Positions 51,809 through 62,212 of a DNA stretch of 64,000 nucleotides are shown here, piece after piece. This stretch comes from an uncultured Gemmatimonadales bacterium (lineage in GTDB: Bacteria; Gemmatimonadota; Gemmatimonadetes; Gemmatimonadales; GWC2-71-9). Below the pieces are notes generated by a model. The model had not been told where the DNA came from and searched no databases. It was given only the letters and a program-made list of their open reading frames with translations. Every line of letters starts with the position of its first letter. Position 1 is the stretch's first letter. Where the stretch lies: NCBI GenBank assembly GCA_963828735.1, contig CAWHFW010000005.1, forward strand, positions 2,400,001 through 2,464,000, written 5' to 3'. The position numbers and the translations under genes are program-made.

Positions 51809-52441
51809 ATGCGCGCGAAGCCGTCGAGCTACGAGCTGGCCCTGCTCGGAAGCATGGTGGTCCTGCTCGCCTGGTCAGGGATCCGGCCGCACGACCGGTT
51901 CACCTGGCGGCTCGAGACCGCGCCGATCTTCATCGGGGTGCCCGTCCTCATCTGGCTCTACCCGCGGCTCCGTCTGACCCCACTGACCTACACGCTCGTG
52001 TGGCTCCACTGCCTCATTCTCATGCTCGGCGGCCACTACACCTACGCCCAGGTGCCGCTCGGATTCTGGATGGAGGGGTGGCTCGGCTTCAGCCGGAACA
52101 ATTACGATCGGATCGGACACCTGGCCCAGGGATTCATCCCGGCGATGCTCGCCCGCGAGATCTTCATCAGGCGCTCGCCGCTGGCGGGGAGCCGATGGCT
52201 GCCCTTCCTCGTCGTCTGCTTCTGCCTGGCGTTCAGCGCTTTCTACGAGCTGATCGAGTTCTGGACCGCCCTGTCCGCGGGCGGGGCGGCGACGGACTTT
52301 CTCGGCACCCAAGGCGACGTGTGGGACACGCAGTGGGACATGCAGCTGGCGCTCATCGGATCGATCGTCTCCCTGGTGATGCTGTCACGGGTTCAGGACC
52401 GACAGCTGGCGAAGCAGGGCGTCCCGAATCGGTCCGCATAG
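51809..52441 (+). CDS. DUF2238 (YjdF-like) membrane protein
   Basis: GGHYTYAQVP, RNNYDRIGH, FLGTQGDVWDTQWDM. Confidence 0.9.
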   Translation: MRAKPSSYELALLGSMVVLLAWSGIRPHDRFTWRLETAPIFIGVPVLIWLYPRLRLTPLTYTLVWLHCLILMLGGHYTYAQVPLGFWMEGWLGFSRNNYDRIGHLAQGFIPAMLAREIFIRRSPLAGSRWLPFLVVCFCLAFSAFYELIEFWTALSAGGAATDFLGTQGDVWDTQWDMQLALIGSIVSLVMLSRVQDRQLAKQGVPNRSA

Positions 52442-52530
52442 CTCCGCTCGGGCCTGGTCCCGTGCCGGCGCAGGCCTTCCGCCGATTCGGGGCGCGAGGG
52501 GCCTTGGAGCGCATGGTAGATTCCTCCTCC

Positions 52531-53694
52531 ATGAGAATTCATTTCCAGTCTCGCGTGGGCCAATCGATCGTGACCGCAATGGCATTGGCCGGATCGCTCA
52601 CGGGCTGCGGTGGAGAGAGCGGCGCTCGCCCGCCTCGACGGGATCCCGCCGCCGTCGCTGGCTCCAAGGCCCCCGTATCGGCCGTTAGCGAACCCGCGAC
52701 TCCAGCCTGGATTCCCAAACCGATCGTCGTTCAGCCGCACCCCAAGGCTGTCCGCCAGGATACCGCTCGCATCGCCCTCGTCGCGGACACCACGCGCGTC
52801 GATTCCGGAGGAGCCCCGGCGAAGCGTCTCGCCCGGAAGCGGGCTCCCGGCGAGCGCCGACCCTACGAGCTCACCCCGGCCGACTCAGCGCGCTGGCCGG
52901 TGAAGGGACCCGCGCCGCTTCCCGGCGCCCTGCTGCCCGAGAACCGGATCGTTGCTTTTTACGGGAACACCAAGTCCACGCGGATGGGCATCCTCGGTCA
53001 GCTGCCGCCGGCGGAGATGCTGCCGAAGCTCGAGCGGACGGCGGAGGAGTGGGCCAAGGCCGACCCGGGACGCCCGGTCATGCCGGCGTTTCACCTGATC
53101 GCGACGGTGGCTCAGGGCAAGCCGGGGGCGGACGGGAAGTATCGGCTCCGCCATTCCGACCGGGTCATCGAGCAGGTGCTCGGGTGGGCCGAGGAGCGCG
53201 GCTGGGTGGTGTTCCTGGACGTGCAGATCGGGCACAGCACCGTGGCCGCGGAGCTACCGCACCTGGTGAAGTACCTGGAGCGTCCGTACGTGCACCTGGC
53301 GCTGGACCCCGAGTTCGCCATGACCCGCGGGGGTGTTCCGGGCGGGCGAATCGGCACGCTCGACGCCACGGACGTGAACTACGCCGTCAAGCTCCTTGCG
53401 GACATCGTCGACAGGAAGAAGCTCCCGCCGAAAGTGCTTGTGGTGCATCGGTTCACGCAGCGCATGTTCACCAACCACGACAAGGTCGTGCTGGACCCGC
53501 GAGTCCAGGTAGTGGTGGACATGGACGGCTTCGGCGCTCCGTGGGACAAGGAAAAGGCGTACAAGCTCTTCATCGTGCCCGAGCCCGTGCAGTACGCGGG
53601 GTTCAAGCTCTTCTACAAGAACGACAAGCCGATGATGACGCCGGCGCAGGTGACCAAGCTCTGGCCGGCGCCGGTGTACGTGCAGTACCAGTAG
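52531..53694 (+). CDS. Hypothetical lipoprotein
   Basis: Lipobox LTGC; globular region RIVAFYG...HLALDPEF...DMDGFG. Confidence 0.75.
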   Translation: MRIHFQSRVGQSIVTAMALAGSLTGCGGESGARPPRRDPAAVAGSKAPVSAVSEPATPAWIPKPIVVQPHPKAVRQDTARIALVADTTRVDSGGAPAKRLARKRAPGERRPYELTPADSARWPVKGPAPLPGALLPENRIVAFYGNTKSTRMGILGQLPPAEMLPKLERTAEEWAKADPGRPVMPAFHLIATVAQGKPGADGKYRLRHSDRVIEQVLGWAEERGWVVFLDVQIGHSTVAAELPHLVKYLERPYVHLALDPEFAMTRGGVPGGRIGTLDATDVNYAVKLLADIVDRKKLPPKVLVVHRFTQRMFTNHDKVVLDPRVQVVVDMDGFGAPWDKEKAYKLFIVPEPVQYAGFKLFYKNDKPMMTPAQVTKLWPAPVYVQYQ

Positions 53695-53705
53695 CGCGAC
53701 CGCTC

Positions 53706-55379
53706 CTACTCCATCGCCAGCGTCACATCCGACTTCGCCCACACCTTCTTGAACTGGATCGCGACGGAATCCGCGTCACGGCCCCGCCCCTGCGCGCGGA
53801 GCGCCTCGGAGAGTCCGTAGAGCGACCAGCCGTTGTTCGGGAACTGCACCAGGTCCTGCCGGTACGCCTGCTCCGCATCCCTGGTGCGCCGGGCGGCCAG
53901 GAGGACGGCGCCGAGCTGCTGGCGGAGCGGAAGTGGCCAGGCGGTGGGCTCATCGTAGACCAGATCATCCTCGATCGCGATGCCATGCGTGAAGCTTCGC
54001 ACGGCCTCGTCGGTCTTGCCGGCTCTCGCCGCGATATTGGCCGCGAGGTGGCGCTCGGCGATCTGGAGCAGCGCCCGGCTCGAGTTGAGGTTCGCCATCT
54101 GCTCGGGCGGAGTCTTCGCCGCGATCGCGCTCACGCTGTCGAGCGCTGCCCGCGCCGAGTCTGCCTTCCCCTTCGCCGAGAAGGCGAGCCCGCGCGTGTA
54201 GTACCAGATCCCGGTGGTGTAGCGGAGCCCAGGCGCCGGCGCGGGCTCCGCCAGGATGTCGTCCCATCGTGAGAAGCGGGCGAGCGTGAACAGCACCACC
54301 GGCGAGTAATACTCCAAGGGCGGGATCATGTGAACCACGTCCGCTGGAACCTTCTCGACGATCGTCCGGGCCGCCGCGAGTGCCTCGGCGCTCCGCCCCA
54401 TCATCTCGAGCGCCTCCCACATGACGTGGTAATTGTGGGGCACGTATCCGAGCGGATACACCCCGGTCGGGTGACGCGAGTCGAGATACTGCTGGTCCAC
54501 GTGCACCGCAGTCGCGTTGTGATCGACCGCCTCGTCCCAACGTCCGAGCCGCATGTAGATGTGCGTCGGCATGTGGACCAGGTGACCAGCGCCGGGCACG
54601 AGGCTGCCGAGCCGCTCGGCGCACGGCACCGCCTTGGCCGCGAAGTTGGAGGCCTCGATCGCGTGGATATAGAAGTGGCACGCACCCGGGTGGTTCGGAT
54701 TGCGCTTCGTCACGTGCTCCAGGACCGTCACCTGCTCCATCGTGCTCGGCGCGAGCGCCTTGCCCGCGTTGGTCCAGTAGTTCCACGGCCGCAGGTCCAT
54801 GAGCGCCTCGGCGTAGAGCGTGGCGGCGTCGTCGTCCTTCGGGTAACGGCGGGACACCTCGCCGATGGCCTTGGCCCAGGCCGAGTCCTCGGCGGCTCGG
54901 CTGGCGGCGGGCTCGGCGACGTAGCGCGCCTCGAGCGCCTTGATGTATGCCTGCTCCCTGGGACTCACGCCGGGAGCGAACCGGACCGCCTGCCGCAGCG
55001 CCGCCCACGCGGGACGCACGGCCGCGGTGTCCATCGGGAGGTTGATGTTGGGGCCCAGCGCGTAGGCGATTCCCCACCAGCACATCGCGCAGGTGGAGTC
55101 CTCCCGGGTGCCCTCGGTGTACGACTTGATGGCCTCGTCGTGGTTGAAGCCGTAGGTGAGCCGGAGGCCCTGATCGAAATACTTCTGGGCCACGGGCGAC
55201 CGGGTCGTGATCGCCATGTGGTAGGTGCCCAGGTTGTCGTAGAGCGGCGTCCGGCCGCCCGACGAGGAGTCGGCCGGAGCCATCTCCATGTCGTGGTTGT
55301 GGCCTTCGTGCTCCTGGGCCGCCAACATCCCTGCCGCTGTGCCCATCATCGCAACCGTCACCAGCCATGTCCCGCGCAT
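53706..55379 (-). CDS. Secreted TPR-repeat protein
   Basis: Signal peptide; FDQGLRLTYGFNHDEA, HPGACHFYIH, HLVHMPTHIY, PNNGWSLYGL. Confidence 0.85.
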   Translation of the reverse strand: MRGTWLVTVAMMGTAAGMLAAQEHEGHNHDMEMAPADSSSGGRTPLYDNLGTYHMAITTRSPVAQKYFDQGLRLTYGFNHDEAIKSYTEGTREDSTCAMCWWGIAYALGPNINLPMDTAAVRPAWAALRQAVRFAPGVSPREQAYIKALEARYVAEPAASRAAEDSAWAKAIGEVSRRYPKDDDAATLYAEALMDLRPWNYWTNAGKALAPSTMEQVTVLEHVTKRNPNHPGACHFYIHAIEASNFAAKAVPCAERLGSLVPGAGHLVHMPTHIYMRLGRWDEAVDHNATAVHVDQQYLDSRHPTGVYPLGYVPHNYHVMWEALEMMGRSAEALAAARTIVEKVPADVVHMIPPLEYYSPVVLFTLARFSRWDDILAEPAPAPGLRYTTGIWYYTRGLAFSAKGKADSARAALDSVSAIAAKTPPEQMANLNSSRALLQIAERHLAANIAARAGKTDEAVRSFTHGIAIEDDLVYDEPTAWPLPLRQQLGAVLLAARRTRDAEQAYRQDLVQFPNNGWSLYGLSEALRAQGRGRDADSVAIQFKKVWAKSDVTLAME

Positions 55380-55529
55380 CGTCAGTCTCCTTGGCGTGTG
55401 GCCATTCTACTGCTCACCGCCAACCTACGGCGGCCGCGCAAGAGGTACTTCGCCCAAAACTACCATTCGCTCCATGCGCAGGTCATGGCCGAAAGCGGCC
55501 ATGGACACCCCCGCGCACGGGTGACGCCA

Positions 55530-55650
55530 CTACAGTAGTCCCGCCTTGGCGGCCCAGGCAACGGCGGCCGCCCGGGAGGGGAAGTCCTGTCTTCGTGAGG
55601 ATGTTGGTCACGTGCCGGTGGATGGTATGCTCACTCAGCTCCAGGCGAGC
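55530..55650 (-). pseudogene. LuxR-type HTH remnant
   Basis: ARLELSEHTIHRHVTNILTKTGLP, frameshift, SRAAAVAWAAKAGLL*; in-frame stop upstream and no start. Confidence 0.65.
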
Positions 55651-55814
55651 CGGCCGGCCTCCAGGCTATGATCGGCGGGGTTCGTAGGAGAGCGGTGGCC
55701 AGAGTGGGGGTCTCGGAGGCTCCGGGACTCCTGAGAAGTATCGCGGTGATGCTCCTTACGGCATGACGGCGGGGGCCGCGCCAGATTGGCGCATCCTTTG
55801 ACCGGGGAGCCCCA

Positions 55815-56102
55815 ATGGCTGGGAGAACGAAGCGGTTAGCGAAGGCGGTGGTCGTGCTCGCGACGAGCGCGGCGGTACGGAAGGCGGTGCAGAAGGCAGC
55901 GGAGGATCCGCGGGTCAGGAAGCAGGCCATCAAGGTCGGTGCCGTCGTAGGAGCAAAGGCCCGGGCCGCGGGCAGGGCGGCTAGCAAACGCGCGACCGCG
56001 CTTGCACAGGACGCGGGCACGCGCATGGGAAAGAAGCTTGCTGGACCCCGGAAGACCGCGGGGAAGAAAATCAAACGGCTGGGCAAGGTGGTCGCGGGCT
56101 AG
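55815..56102 (+). CDS. Small basic Lys/Ala-rich hypothetical protein
   Basis: GGGAG RBS; 95 aa; hairpin downstream. Confidence 0.6.
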   Translation: MAGRTKRLAKAVVVLATSAAVRKAVQKAAEDPRVRKQAIKVGAVVGAKARAAGRAASKRATALAQDAGTRMGKKLAGPRKTAGKKIKRLGKVVAG

Positions 56103-56128
56103 AGCGGGATCATGGGTCGGGAGTTGCG

Positions 56129-56156
56129 AAGGGGCGTGCCGCGGCACGCCCCTTTT
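56129..56156. terminator. Intrinsic terminator between convergent genes
   Basis: AAGGGGCGTGCC-GC-GGCACGCCCCTT followed by TT. Confidence 0.65.
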
Positions 56157-56188
56157 CGCCTCCTGTACCCACGGCCCGCTGGATCGCC

Positions 56189-57388
56189 TTAGCCGCGGTC
56201 GAAGCGAAACAATTCGGCGTCCGGATTCGGCCGGCCGAGGAAGAGGTCGAGCAGGATTCCCGCCGCGATCCAGCTGAACGTGATGCCGTTGCCGCCGTAG
56301 CCCAGCGCGAAATAGCCGTGCGGGAACTGCCGCGCGGTCCCGATGCAGGGCAGGCCGTCGGGCGTCTCGCCGAAGGTCCCGCCCCACCGCCAGTCCGCGT
56401 CGCCGCGAATGGCCGGAAACATCTCCCGGAACTGCCGCTCGAGCCGCTGACAACGCTTGACGAGGAGCACGTCGCGCTTGTGCGCCCGGGAGAAGGGCGT
56501 GTCGGCGCCGCCCACGATGGCGCGGCCATCGGCCGACATGCGGGCGTAGAAGTAGGGGCGTGCCGTCTCCCAGATGAGGCAGCGGTCCTCCCCCCACCCG
56601 TCGGCGCCGTCGAGCGGCTCCGTCGCGAAGGCGTAGGTGCTGAGGAGGCGCACGAGCGAGCGGTCGAGGAACTCGGGCGTCTCGTAGCCGGTCGCGAACA
56701 CCGCCTTGCGAGCGTGCACCCGTGCCCCGCCGGAGGTGCGGAGCTCGACACCCTGGCGCTCGCTATCGTAGCCTACCACCGGCGTACGGTCGTACACCTC
56801 GAGCCCCGCGGCGGTCGCCTCGGCCAGCAGCTTGTGGGTCAGGCGGTAGGCATCGACCTCTCCCGCGACGGGCGAGAGCAAGGCGGCCGGCCGCGAGAAC
56901 GAGAAGCGCTCGCGGATGTCGCGCTCCGAGAGCAGCTCGAGCTCGATGCCGGCCGTGCGGCGGGCAAGCCACTCCTGCTCGAGCACCCGGCGGTCGCGAC
57001 GGCGGCTCGCGAGATACAGGCTCCGGGTCGCGCGCCAGCCACACGCGTCGCCGGCCAGCGACGCGATGCCGCGCACCGCATCCACGCAGAGCTGGTAGCT
57101 CCGAACGGCGCGGTCAGCGCCGACGCGCTCGATCAGGTCCACGAGGTGGGTGTCGATCTCGTACTGAATGAGGGCGGTGCTCGCGGCGGTGCTGCCGCGG
57201 GCGATCTCGCGGGATTCGAGCAACACCACGGCGATGCCCTCCCGAGAGAACCGATGCGCCACGAGCGCGCCGGTGATCCCGCCGCCGATGACGGCGACGT
57301 CGCACGTGCGATCGCGATGGAGGCGGGGGTACACAGCGGGCAGGCCCACGAGGGTCGGCCAGAGCGGGGTGCCACTCGTCAGGTCCAT
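56189..57388 (-). CDS. FAD-dependent oxidoreductase (DAO family)
   Basis: IGGGITG, GSTAAST, ATGY, TPDGLP, GYGGNG. Confidence 0.9.
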   Translation of the reverse strand: MDLTSGTPLWPTLVGLPAVYPRLHRDRTCDVAVIGGGITGALVAHRFSREGIAVVLLESREIARGSTAASTALIQYEIDTHLVDLIERVGADRAVRSYQLCVDAVRGIASLAGDACGWRATRSLYLASRRRDRRVLEQEWLARRTAGIELELLSERDIRERFSFSRPAALLSPVAGEVDAYRLTHKLLAEATAAGLEVYDRTPVVGYDSERQGVELRTSGGARVHARKAVFATGYETPEFLDRSLVRLLSTYAFATEPLDGADGWGEDRCLIWETARPYFYARMSADGRAIVGGADTPFSRAHKRDVLLVKRCQRLERQFREMFPAIRGDADWRWGGTFGETPDGLPCIGTARQFPHGYFALGYGGNGITFSWIAAGILLDLFLGRPNPDAELFRFDRG

Positions 57389-57563
57389 GAGTCACATACT
57401 GGCGCCCTGCCGGGAGGAGGCGCGGTGACGCGGGTCGCGGGGCGCCGATCGGCTAACCCGCGCGGCTGGTCGCCCAAGGCGGCGCCGTAACCGGAGGCGG
57501 CGTCGCTCGTTAGCGGGCGTCGATCGAAGTGGTCAGTGCGGAGCTTGGGGGCCGCATCGAGCG

Positions 57564-57592
57564 TTGACGGGCCTACCCCCGCCCGCTAGGTT
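57564..57592 (+). promoter_or_regulatory. Sigma70 promoter of the tRNA-Ala/tRNA-Gln operon
   Basis: TTGACG-N17-TAGGTT ending 25 bp before tRNA-Ala. Confidence 0.7.
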
Positions 57593-57616
57593 TACGGCCT
57601 CGCGGGACGAATCCCT

Positions 57617-57689
57617 GGGGCTGTAGCTCAGCTGGGAGAGCGCTGCAATCGCACTGCAGAGGTCAGGGGTTCGATCCCCCTCAGCTCCA
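57617..57689 (+). tRNA. tRNA-Ala(CGC)
   Basis: Acceptor GGGGCTG/CAGCTCC with G3:U70; anticodon arm CTGCA-ATCGCAC-TGCAG. Confidence 0.95.
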
Positions 57690-57708
57690 TGACAATCGAA
57701 GGCAGTAC

Positions 57709-57781
57709 TGCCCCTTGGTGTAACTGGCAACACGCCTGACTCTGGATCAGGAGAGTCCTGGTTCGAGCCCAGGAGGGGCAA
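57709..57781 (+). tRNA. tRNA-Gln(CTG)
   Basis: Acceptor TGCCCCT/AGGGGCA; anticodon arm CCTGA-CTCTGGA-TCAGG. Confidence 0.95.
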
Positions 57782-57782
57782 T

Positions 57783-57813
57783 GGCCGGTGCAATTGCACC
57801 GGCCGTTTTCTTT
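57783..57813 (+). terminator. Terminator after tRNA-Gln
   Basis: GGCCGGTGCAATTGCACCGGCC followed by GTTTTCTTT. Confidence 0.75.
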
Positions 57814-58041
57814 GGGGGGCCTGCTGGGGCCAGCCATGCCAACATGCCAGGAGCGCACGTGAGCGGTTCGTTCGTGCGGGCACGAAAGCGTTCATCCCTT
57901 TCTGAAACAATCCTCACCAACATCTCACCCCGTCTTATATCTCTGAAAGACACTTTGTACTTCCTCGAATTGTTGTCACCGTCGCGCGTTACACCGGCAA
58001 TAGGTCGCCGCCACGTTAATGACTCGAAAGACGGGAACACT

Positions 58042-59079
58042 ATGTCTCGACCAACGCTACTCGCCACCACGGTGGGCGGCCTCTGCCTGGCACTCGTGGC
58101 CTGTGAGAGCCCCTCCGGGGCTGGCCTCACGGAGCCAGAAACCAGAGGCCAAACGGCTCCAAGCGCAGCCGCCGCAGGCAGTGCTCTAACATTCAACGGC
58201 ACCTGGAGGACGATGCCCTCCCTTCAGCCGGCTCGCTGGCGGCATGCCGCGGATGTCCTCGGCAAGTCCATCGTCGTGGTTGGCGGGCTGAGCGGAGACC
58301 AACGGCAGGCCTTGAGCAGGGTCGACGCGTTCAATGTGGAGACGCGGACCTGGACTGCGTTGAAATCCTTGCCGATTCCGTTGTATGACGTCAACGGGGC
58401 GACCCCCGTCCAAGGCAAGCTTTACGTTTCAGGAGGGAGATCGTCACCGGACGAAGACTGCGCAAAAACTCTGTTCGTCTATGACCCCGCGACGAACTCC
58501 TGGGCTCGCAAGGCAGATATGCCATTCAAGGGGTGTGTCGGGGTCCAAGCTCACGTTCACGGTCAACTCTACGTGTACACCTTCCCCCAATCACCGCCGG
58601 ACATAAGGCTCTTCGCGTCGTACAATCCCAAGACGGATAAGTGGGTGCGCCGGCCCCTCCCCAAGGGCTTGCACTTCGCTTACCCAGTGGCCGGCGCAAT
58701 CGACGAGAAATTCTACCTCACTAGCGGAGAGGCGTTCACAGGACTTTCCGATAGTGAGCTCGAGGTCTATGATCCAGCGACCAGAACGTGGACCACGAAG
58801 AGTCCTATGCCCAGTGGACGGTCCGTTGCGTCCGCCGCCGTCCTGCATGGGAAGCTCTTTGTGGCCGGGGGTGTAGTGGACCGGAACGGCCTGGCGATTG
58901 TGACCGGCGCCATCGAGGCATATGACCCCCTGAGCGATACCTGGGCCACCGGACCGTCGATGCCCACTCCGAGGGCGCACGCAGCTTCCGCGTGGGCAGG
59001 TGGGAGGTTCTTCGTCATCGATGGTATTAGAGGTGGTCCATTGAGCAGCCAGGTCGAGGCCTTGTCGACGGCGTACTAG
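58042..59079 (+). CDS. Kelch-repeat lipoprotein
   Basis: Lipobox LVAC; about six repeats of the GKLYVSGG..YDPATNSW type. Confidence 0.88.
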   Translation: MSRPTLLATTVGGLCLALVACESPSGAGLTEPETRGQTAPSAAAAGSALTFNGTWRTMPSLQPARWRHAADVLGKSIVVVGGLSGDQRQALSRVDAFNVETRTWTALKSLPIPLYDVNGATPVQGKLYVSGGRSSPDEDCAKTLFVYDPATNSWARKADMPFKGCVGVQAHVHGQLYVYTFPQSPPDIRLFASYNPKTDKWVRRPLPKGLHFAYPVAGAIDEKFYLTSGEAFTGLSDSELEVYDPATRTWTTKSPMPSGRSVASAAVLHGKLFVAGGVVDRNGLAIVTGAIEAYDPLSDTWATGPSMPTPRAHAASAWAGGRFFVIDGIRGGPLSSQVEALSTAY

Positions 59080-59120
59080 TACAGGTCAACACAGGCTCAC
59101 AACAGGCGACGTAGGCAAAG

Positions 59121-59150
59121 GGCCCCACTGGTCGCTGAACCAGTGGGGCC
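59121..59150 (+). terminator. Hairpin after the Kelch gene
   Basis: GGCCCCACTGG/CCAGTGGGGCC 11-bp stem. Confidence 0.55.
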
Positions 59151-59381
59151 GCTCGCGGCCAAACATCACCTCATTCCATGACGGTAGAGCTTAGCAATTC
59201 CAGCCCCTCGATGAGCTGAGTCTCACACACCCCTCGGCTCACTTCAGCACCTCACAGGCGCTCGGCATCGACGGCGAGCGGGTGAACGCCCACGAGCGGG
59301 AACGCCTGGCCAGCGGCCCGCTCTACCGTCAACGTGGAGCATGGCGGCTCTCCGCTGGGCCGACTTCAGCAAACTGTGACA

Positions 59382-59541
59382 TTTGAGTGGGTAAAGTACG
59401 GCAAAGTCGAGCATTCAAGTGGCCAAACTCCAGCATCGGGTGACACGAACTCGCGTAAAGGCTGCAAGTTGCTGGAATTCGGGGTGTTCTACTGCCCCCT
59501 CTGGATCAGGAGAGTCCTGGTTCGAGCCCAGGAGGGGCAAT
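59382..59541 (+). repeat. Conserved arm + tRNA-Gln 3' half (att-like), copy A
   Basis: 59499-59541 identical to 57740-57782; 59382-59480 similar to 62213-62310. Confidence 0.9.
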
Positions 59542-59837
59542 CAAGCCCGGCAACGACTTAGCTGTTGCCGGGCTCGGCAAGGCCGTTGGGGGATCATCCT
59601 CACGCGGACTCGATCAAGCAAGAGCGGGGTACCTGCAGCGGAGGCTAGTGTACCGCTGCTATCAGGCGTTATCTGGATCCGCGAGCCTGACACACTGGGC
59701 GCTTCACCATTGCCGCAGCCAGCACCCAAGCCCAAAACAGAGCTGCCAAGTATTCCCGTAAGGCGGTGCACAAGCTGGCGGCGCGACACATGAGCCGAGA
59801 TCAATTCTTTCCAAAACGAAGTAAGAAGGCTGTCCAT
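59541..59837 (-). pseudogene. Probable truncated Tat-lipoprotein gene fragment
   Basis: AAGGGAGG RBS; SRRQLV twin-arginine motif and GAGC lipobox; ORF ends at the att junction. Confidence 0.4.
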
Positions 59838-60359
59838 CTGACCCTCCCTTGAAGGAGTTAGCGAGGTAGGACATTTCCTGTGACTTCGTTTCCCACTGTT
59901 CGTCTGGCCGATCAACCATAGGTATGTCAGAACACTTCAGACCATGACTGAGTCAGCTCAAGCAATTGGAGGGGATACGCGGGCCCAGTCCATGCTCGAC
60001 TTCATGGCGCTTTGATGGTACAGGTAACAGTATGGGCAAGCCGCGGAAGGTGGACGACACGGCTACGCGGCTCACTGTGAAGATCGGCGAGATCCACGGC
60101 CATAAGGCGAACCTCAAAGCCGGCTGGTGGGTGCAGGCGAGGCTAGCCGTGGCTATTTGCAGCCCTGTGTGAGTTCCTCTGTGAGTTAGTTCCAGCGTTA
60201 AGTTCCCCGGAAAGCATGCCACAAGCTTCCATCCGGCCCTCTCAGCTGGTAAGCCCTCCTGAGGCAATAGGCGGCCAAGCGCCGGTCTACTGGCTTGCCG
60301 ATGCCGCTTCTACTTGGGATCAGAGAGATCGGTACCTCACCAACCCGTAGATGAGCTGT

Positions 60360-60616
60360 CCGGAACCGACCTAGGGCTATCTCCGCAACCTTGGCATTCC
60401 CGGTGGCCCGATTCATCTGAGCATCAGAGTGTCCAGCCGTGCGTTCACGGAGTCCATCAACCGCATCTGCTGCCGCATGTCCATGCTCATCATCATGCCG
60501 TGATGCATATTGTCCGTGGCATATGCGGCCGGGTTGCTGCGCGGCCAGTGGGTGGGGTGGGTTCCGAGGAGCAGCGTCAACAGAGCCGCTCCGAATGCTC
60601 CGACCTTCATAGTCAC
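60360..60616 (-). pseudogene. Met/His-rich secreted protein remnant
   Basis: Signal-like N-terminus, MHHGMMMSMDM..MDSVNARLDTL, apparent continuation MNRATGNAKVAE in a shifted frame. Confidence 0.4.
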
Positions 60617-60690
60617 AGCTCCTTATCCCGACAATGTGGCGCCGCCGAATGGATGCATCCGGCGGCGCCTTGATACCCGGGCAACGGCGC

Positions 60691-61804
60691 TTATGGAATG
60701 TACTGCAGGTTGTCAGCAGGCGCGGGGACTCCGCCCACCAGCTCGATACGCGGGCTGCCATTGCGCAGGACCTTGGTTCCCGCGGCGTTGACCACAGGGC
60801 TCGGCAGCGAGGCCCGCCGGGTCCACGCGTCGGTCACCGGGTCGTACACGATGGTGACATCCAGTTCCTGGAGCTCATTTGCGATCGGATCGTACCGAAG
60901 GCCGCCCATCACGTACAGCTTGCTACCCAGCACGGCCGTTGCCACACCGCTGCGTGCCAGTCCCAGTGGATTCTTGGCCGTCCACCGGTTGGTGGCAGGA
61001 TCATAGACGGACAAGCGTCCCTTATTTCCATAGTCTCCTCCCATTACGTAAAACTTTCCCCCAATCACCCCTCCCGCGAGCGGTGTCCACACCATCTCAT
61101 GCGCCGTCGCCGCGGGAAACGGCGGAGCGAGCGTGACCCACCGGTCGGTTACCGGGTCGTAGCGGAACAACCGTGGACCGGTGAGGTCGCCTTCGCAGAC
61201 GTCATCCTCAGTGTAGTACACGCGCGAGGAGCACCGTGTGACCACGTAGAGCTTGCCGTTGATCACGCCGGTCACACCGTTGGATCCCACCGTCCAGTCC
61301 TTACGTGGGACCTCCGATCGTCGGAAGGTCGTGCTTCCGGGTCCAGGTATTCGTGCCGGGATCGTACACGTAGAGCGCCCTAGTGGGAGGAGCGTCTCCG
61401 CTCGTTGAGAACCCGCCGGAGACGTAGATCTTTCCGTTGATCACGCCGGCGCCGTTGGACGACGCCAAGGGAACGGGGAGCGGCCGCCGCTCGGTCCAGG
61501 TATTGGTGGCGACATTGTAGGCCGTGACCTTCCTCAGCGGGCTCACCGGGTACACATCGGTAAATCCGCCTATCGCATAGACGATCGACTGCCCGGCTGC
61601 GTTCGTCACTGTAGCCACAGCAAGATTTCTCCGCACGCTCGGCAGGTTTTTCCGTGTGATCCAGCTGTTGCTGGCAACTACCAACTCGGGCCCGCTCAGC
61701 GTGGGCTCCGCTGGCTGGGTCGGCTCGGTTGAATTATCGCTGCACGCCGCGACCCAGGCCATGCTGAGGGCCAGTGCGCCGGGTACTAGTGAACAGTATC
61801 TCAT
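60691..61804 (-). CDS. Kelch-repeat lipoprotein, frameshifted near 61300
   Basis: MRYCSL..VAAC lipobox; Kelch repeats GVINGKIYVSGG..YDPGTNTW continue across two frames. Confidence 0.82.
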
Positions 61805-62212
61805 TGCGGTCTCTTCTTCCTTGGCGGGAGCGGCGCTCCCAGCAACCACGTACTCGGCGAGCGATTCACGCCAGCCGCTGCCTGATGCTCTAGGCAGGGC
61901 AATTATGCATCAGAGGCTCGGAAACGGTGGTGAGGTCCTGCTGAAGAATTCTTCATCCCTCCACCTTGCCCCCCGGGGTTCCTTGCAGCAACAATGAGCC
62001 GCACTCACCTCGGGATACATGCCCGGGTGTCCGGCGCCTGGTGCTTCATCGGCAGCGGGTCACGCATCGGAATCACAGCACCACCACTCGCAGCACCGGA
62101 GAACCTCCGAGGATCTTCTCAGTGCGCGGTACTGCATAATTGACGGTGCTGACACCGTGCGCATTCTACGAGGCTACAAGAAGTGTGGCTGCGGATCCGG
62201 CAAAGTACGACG

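Larger units (their letters stand above)
57783..59541. mobile_element. tRNA-Gln-integrated cassette 1 (no integrase)
   Basis: Bounded by a 43-bp direct repeat (57740-57782 / 59499-59541); visibly less GC-rich than the flanks. Confidence 0.7.
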
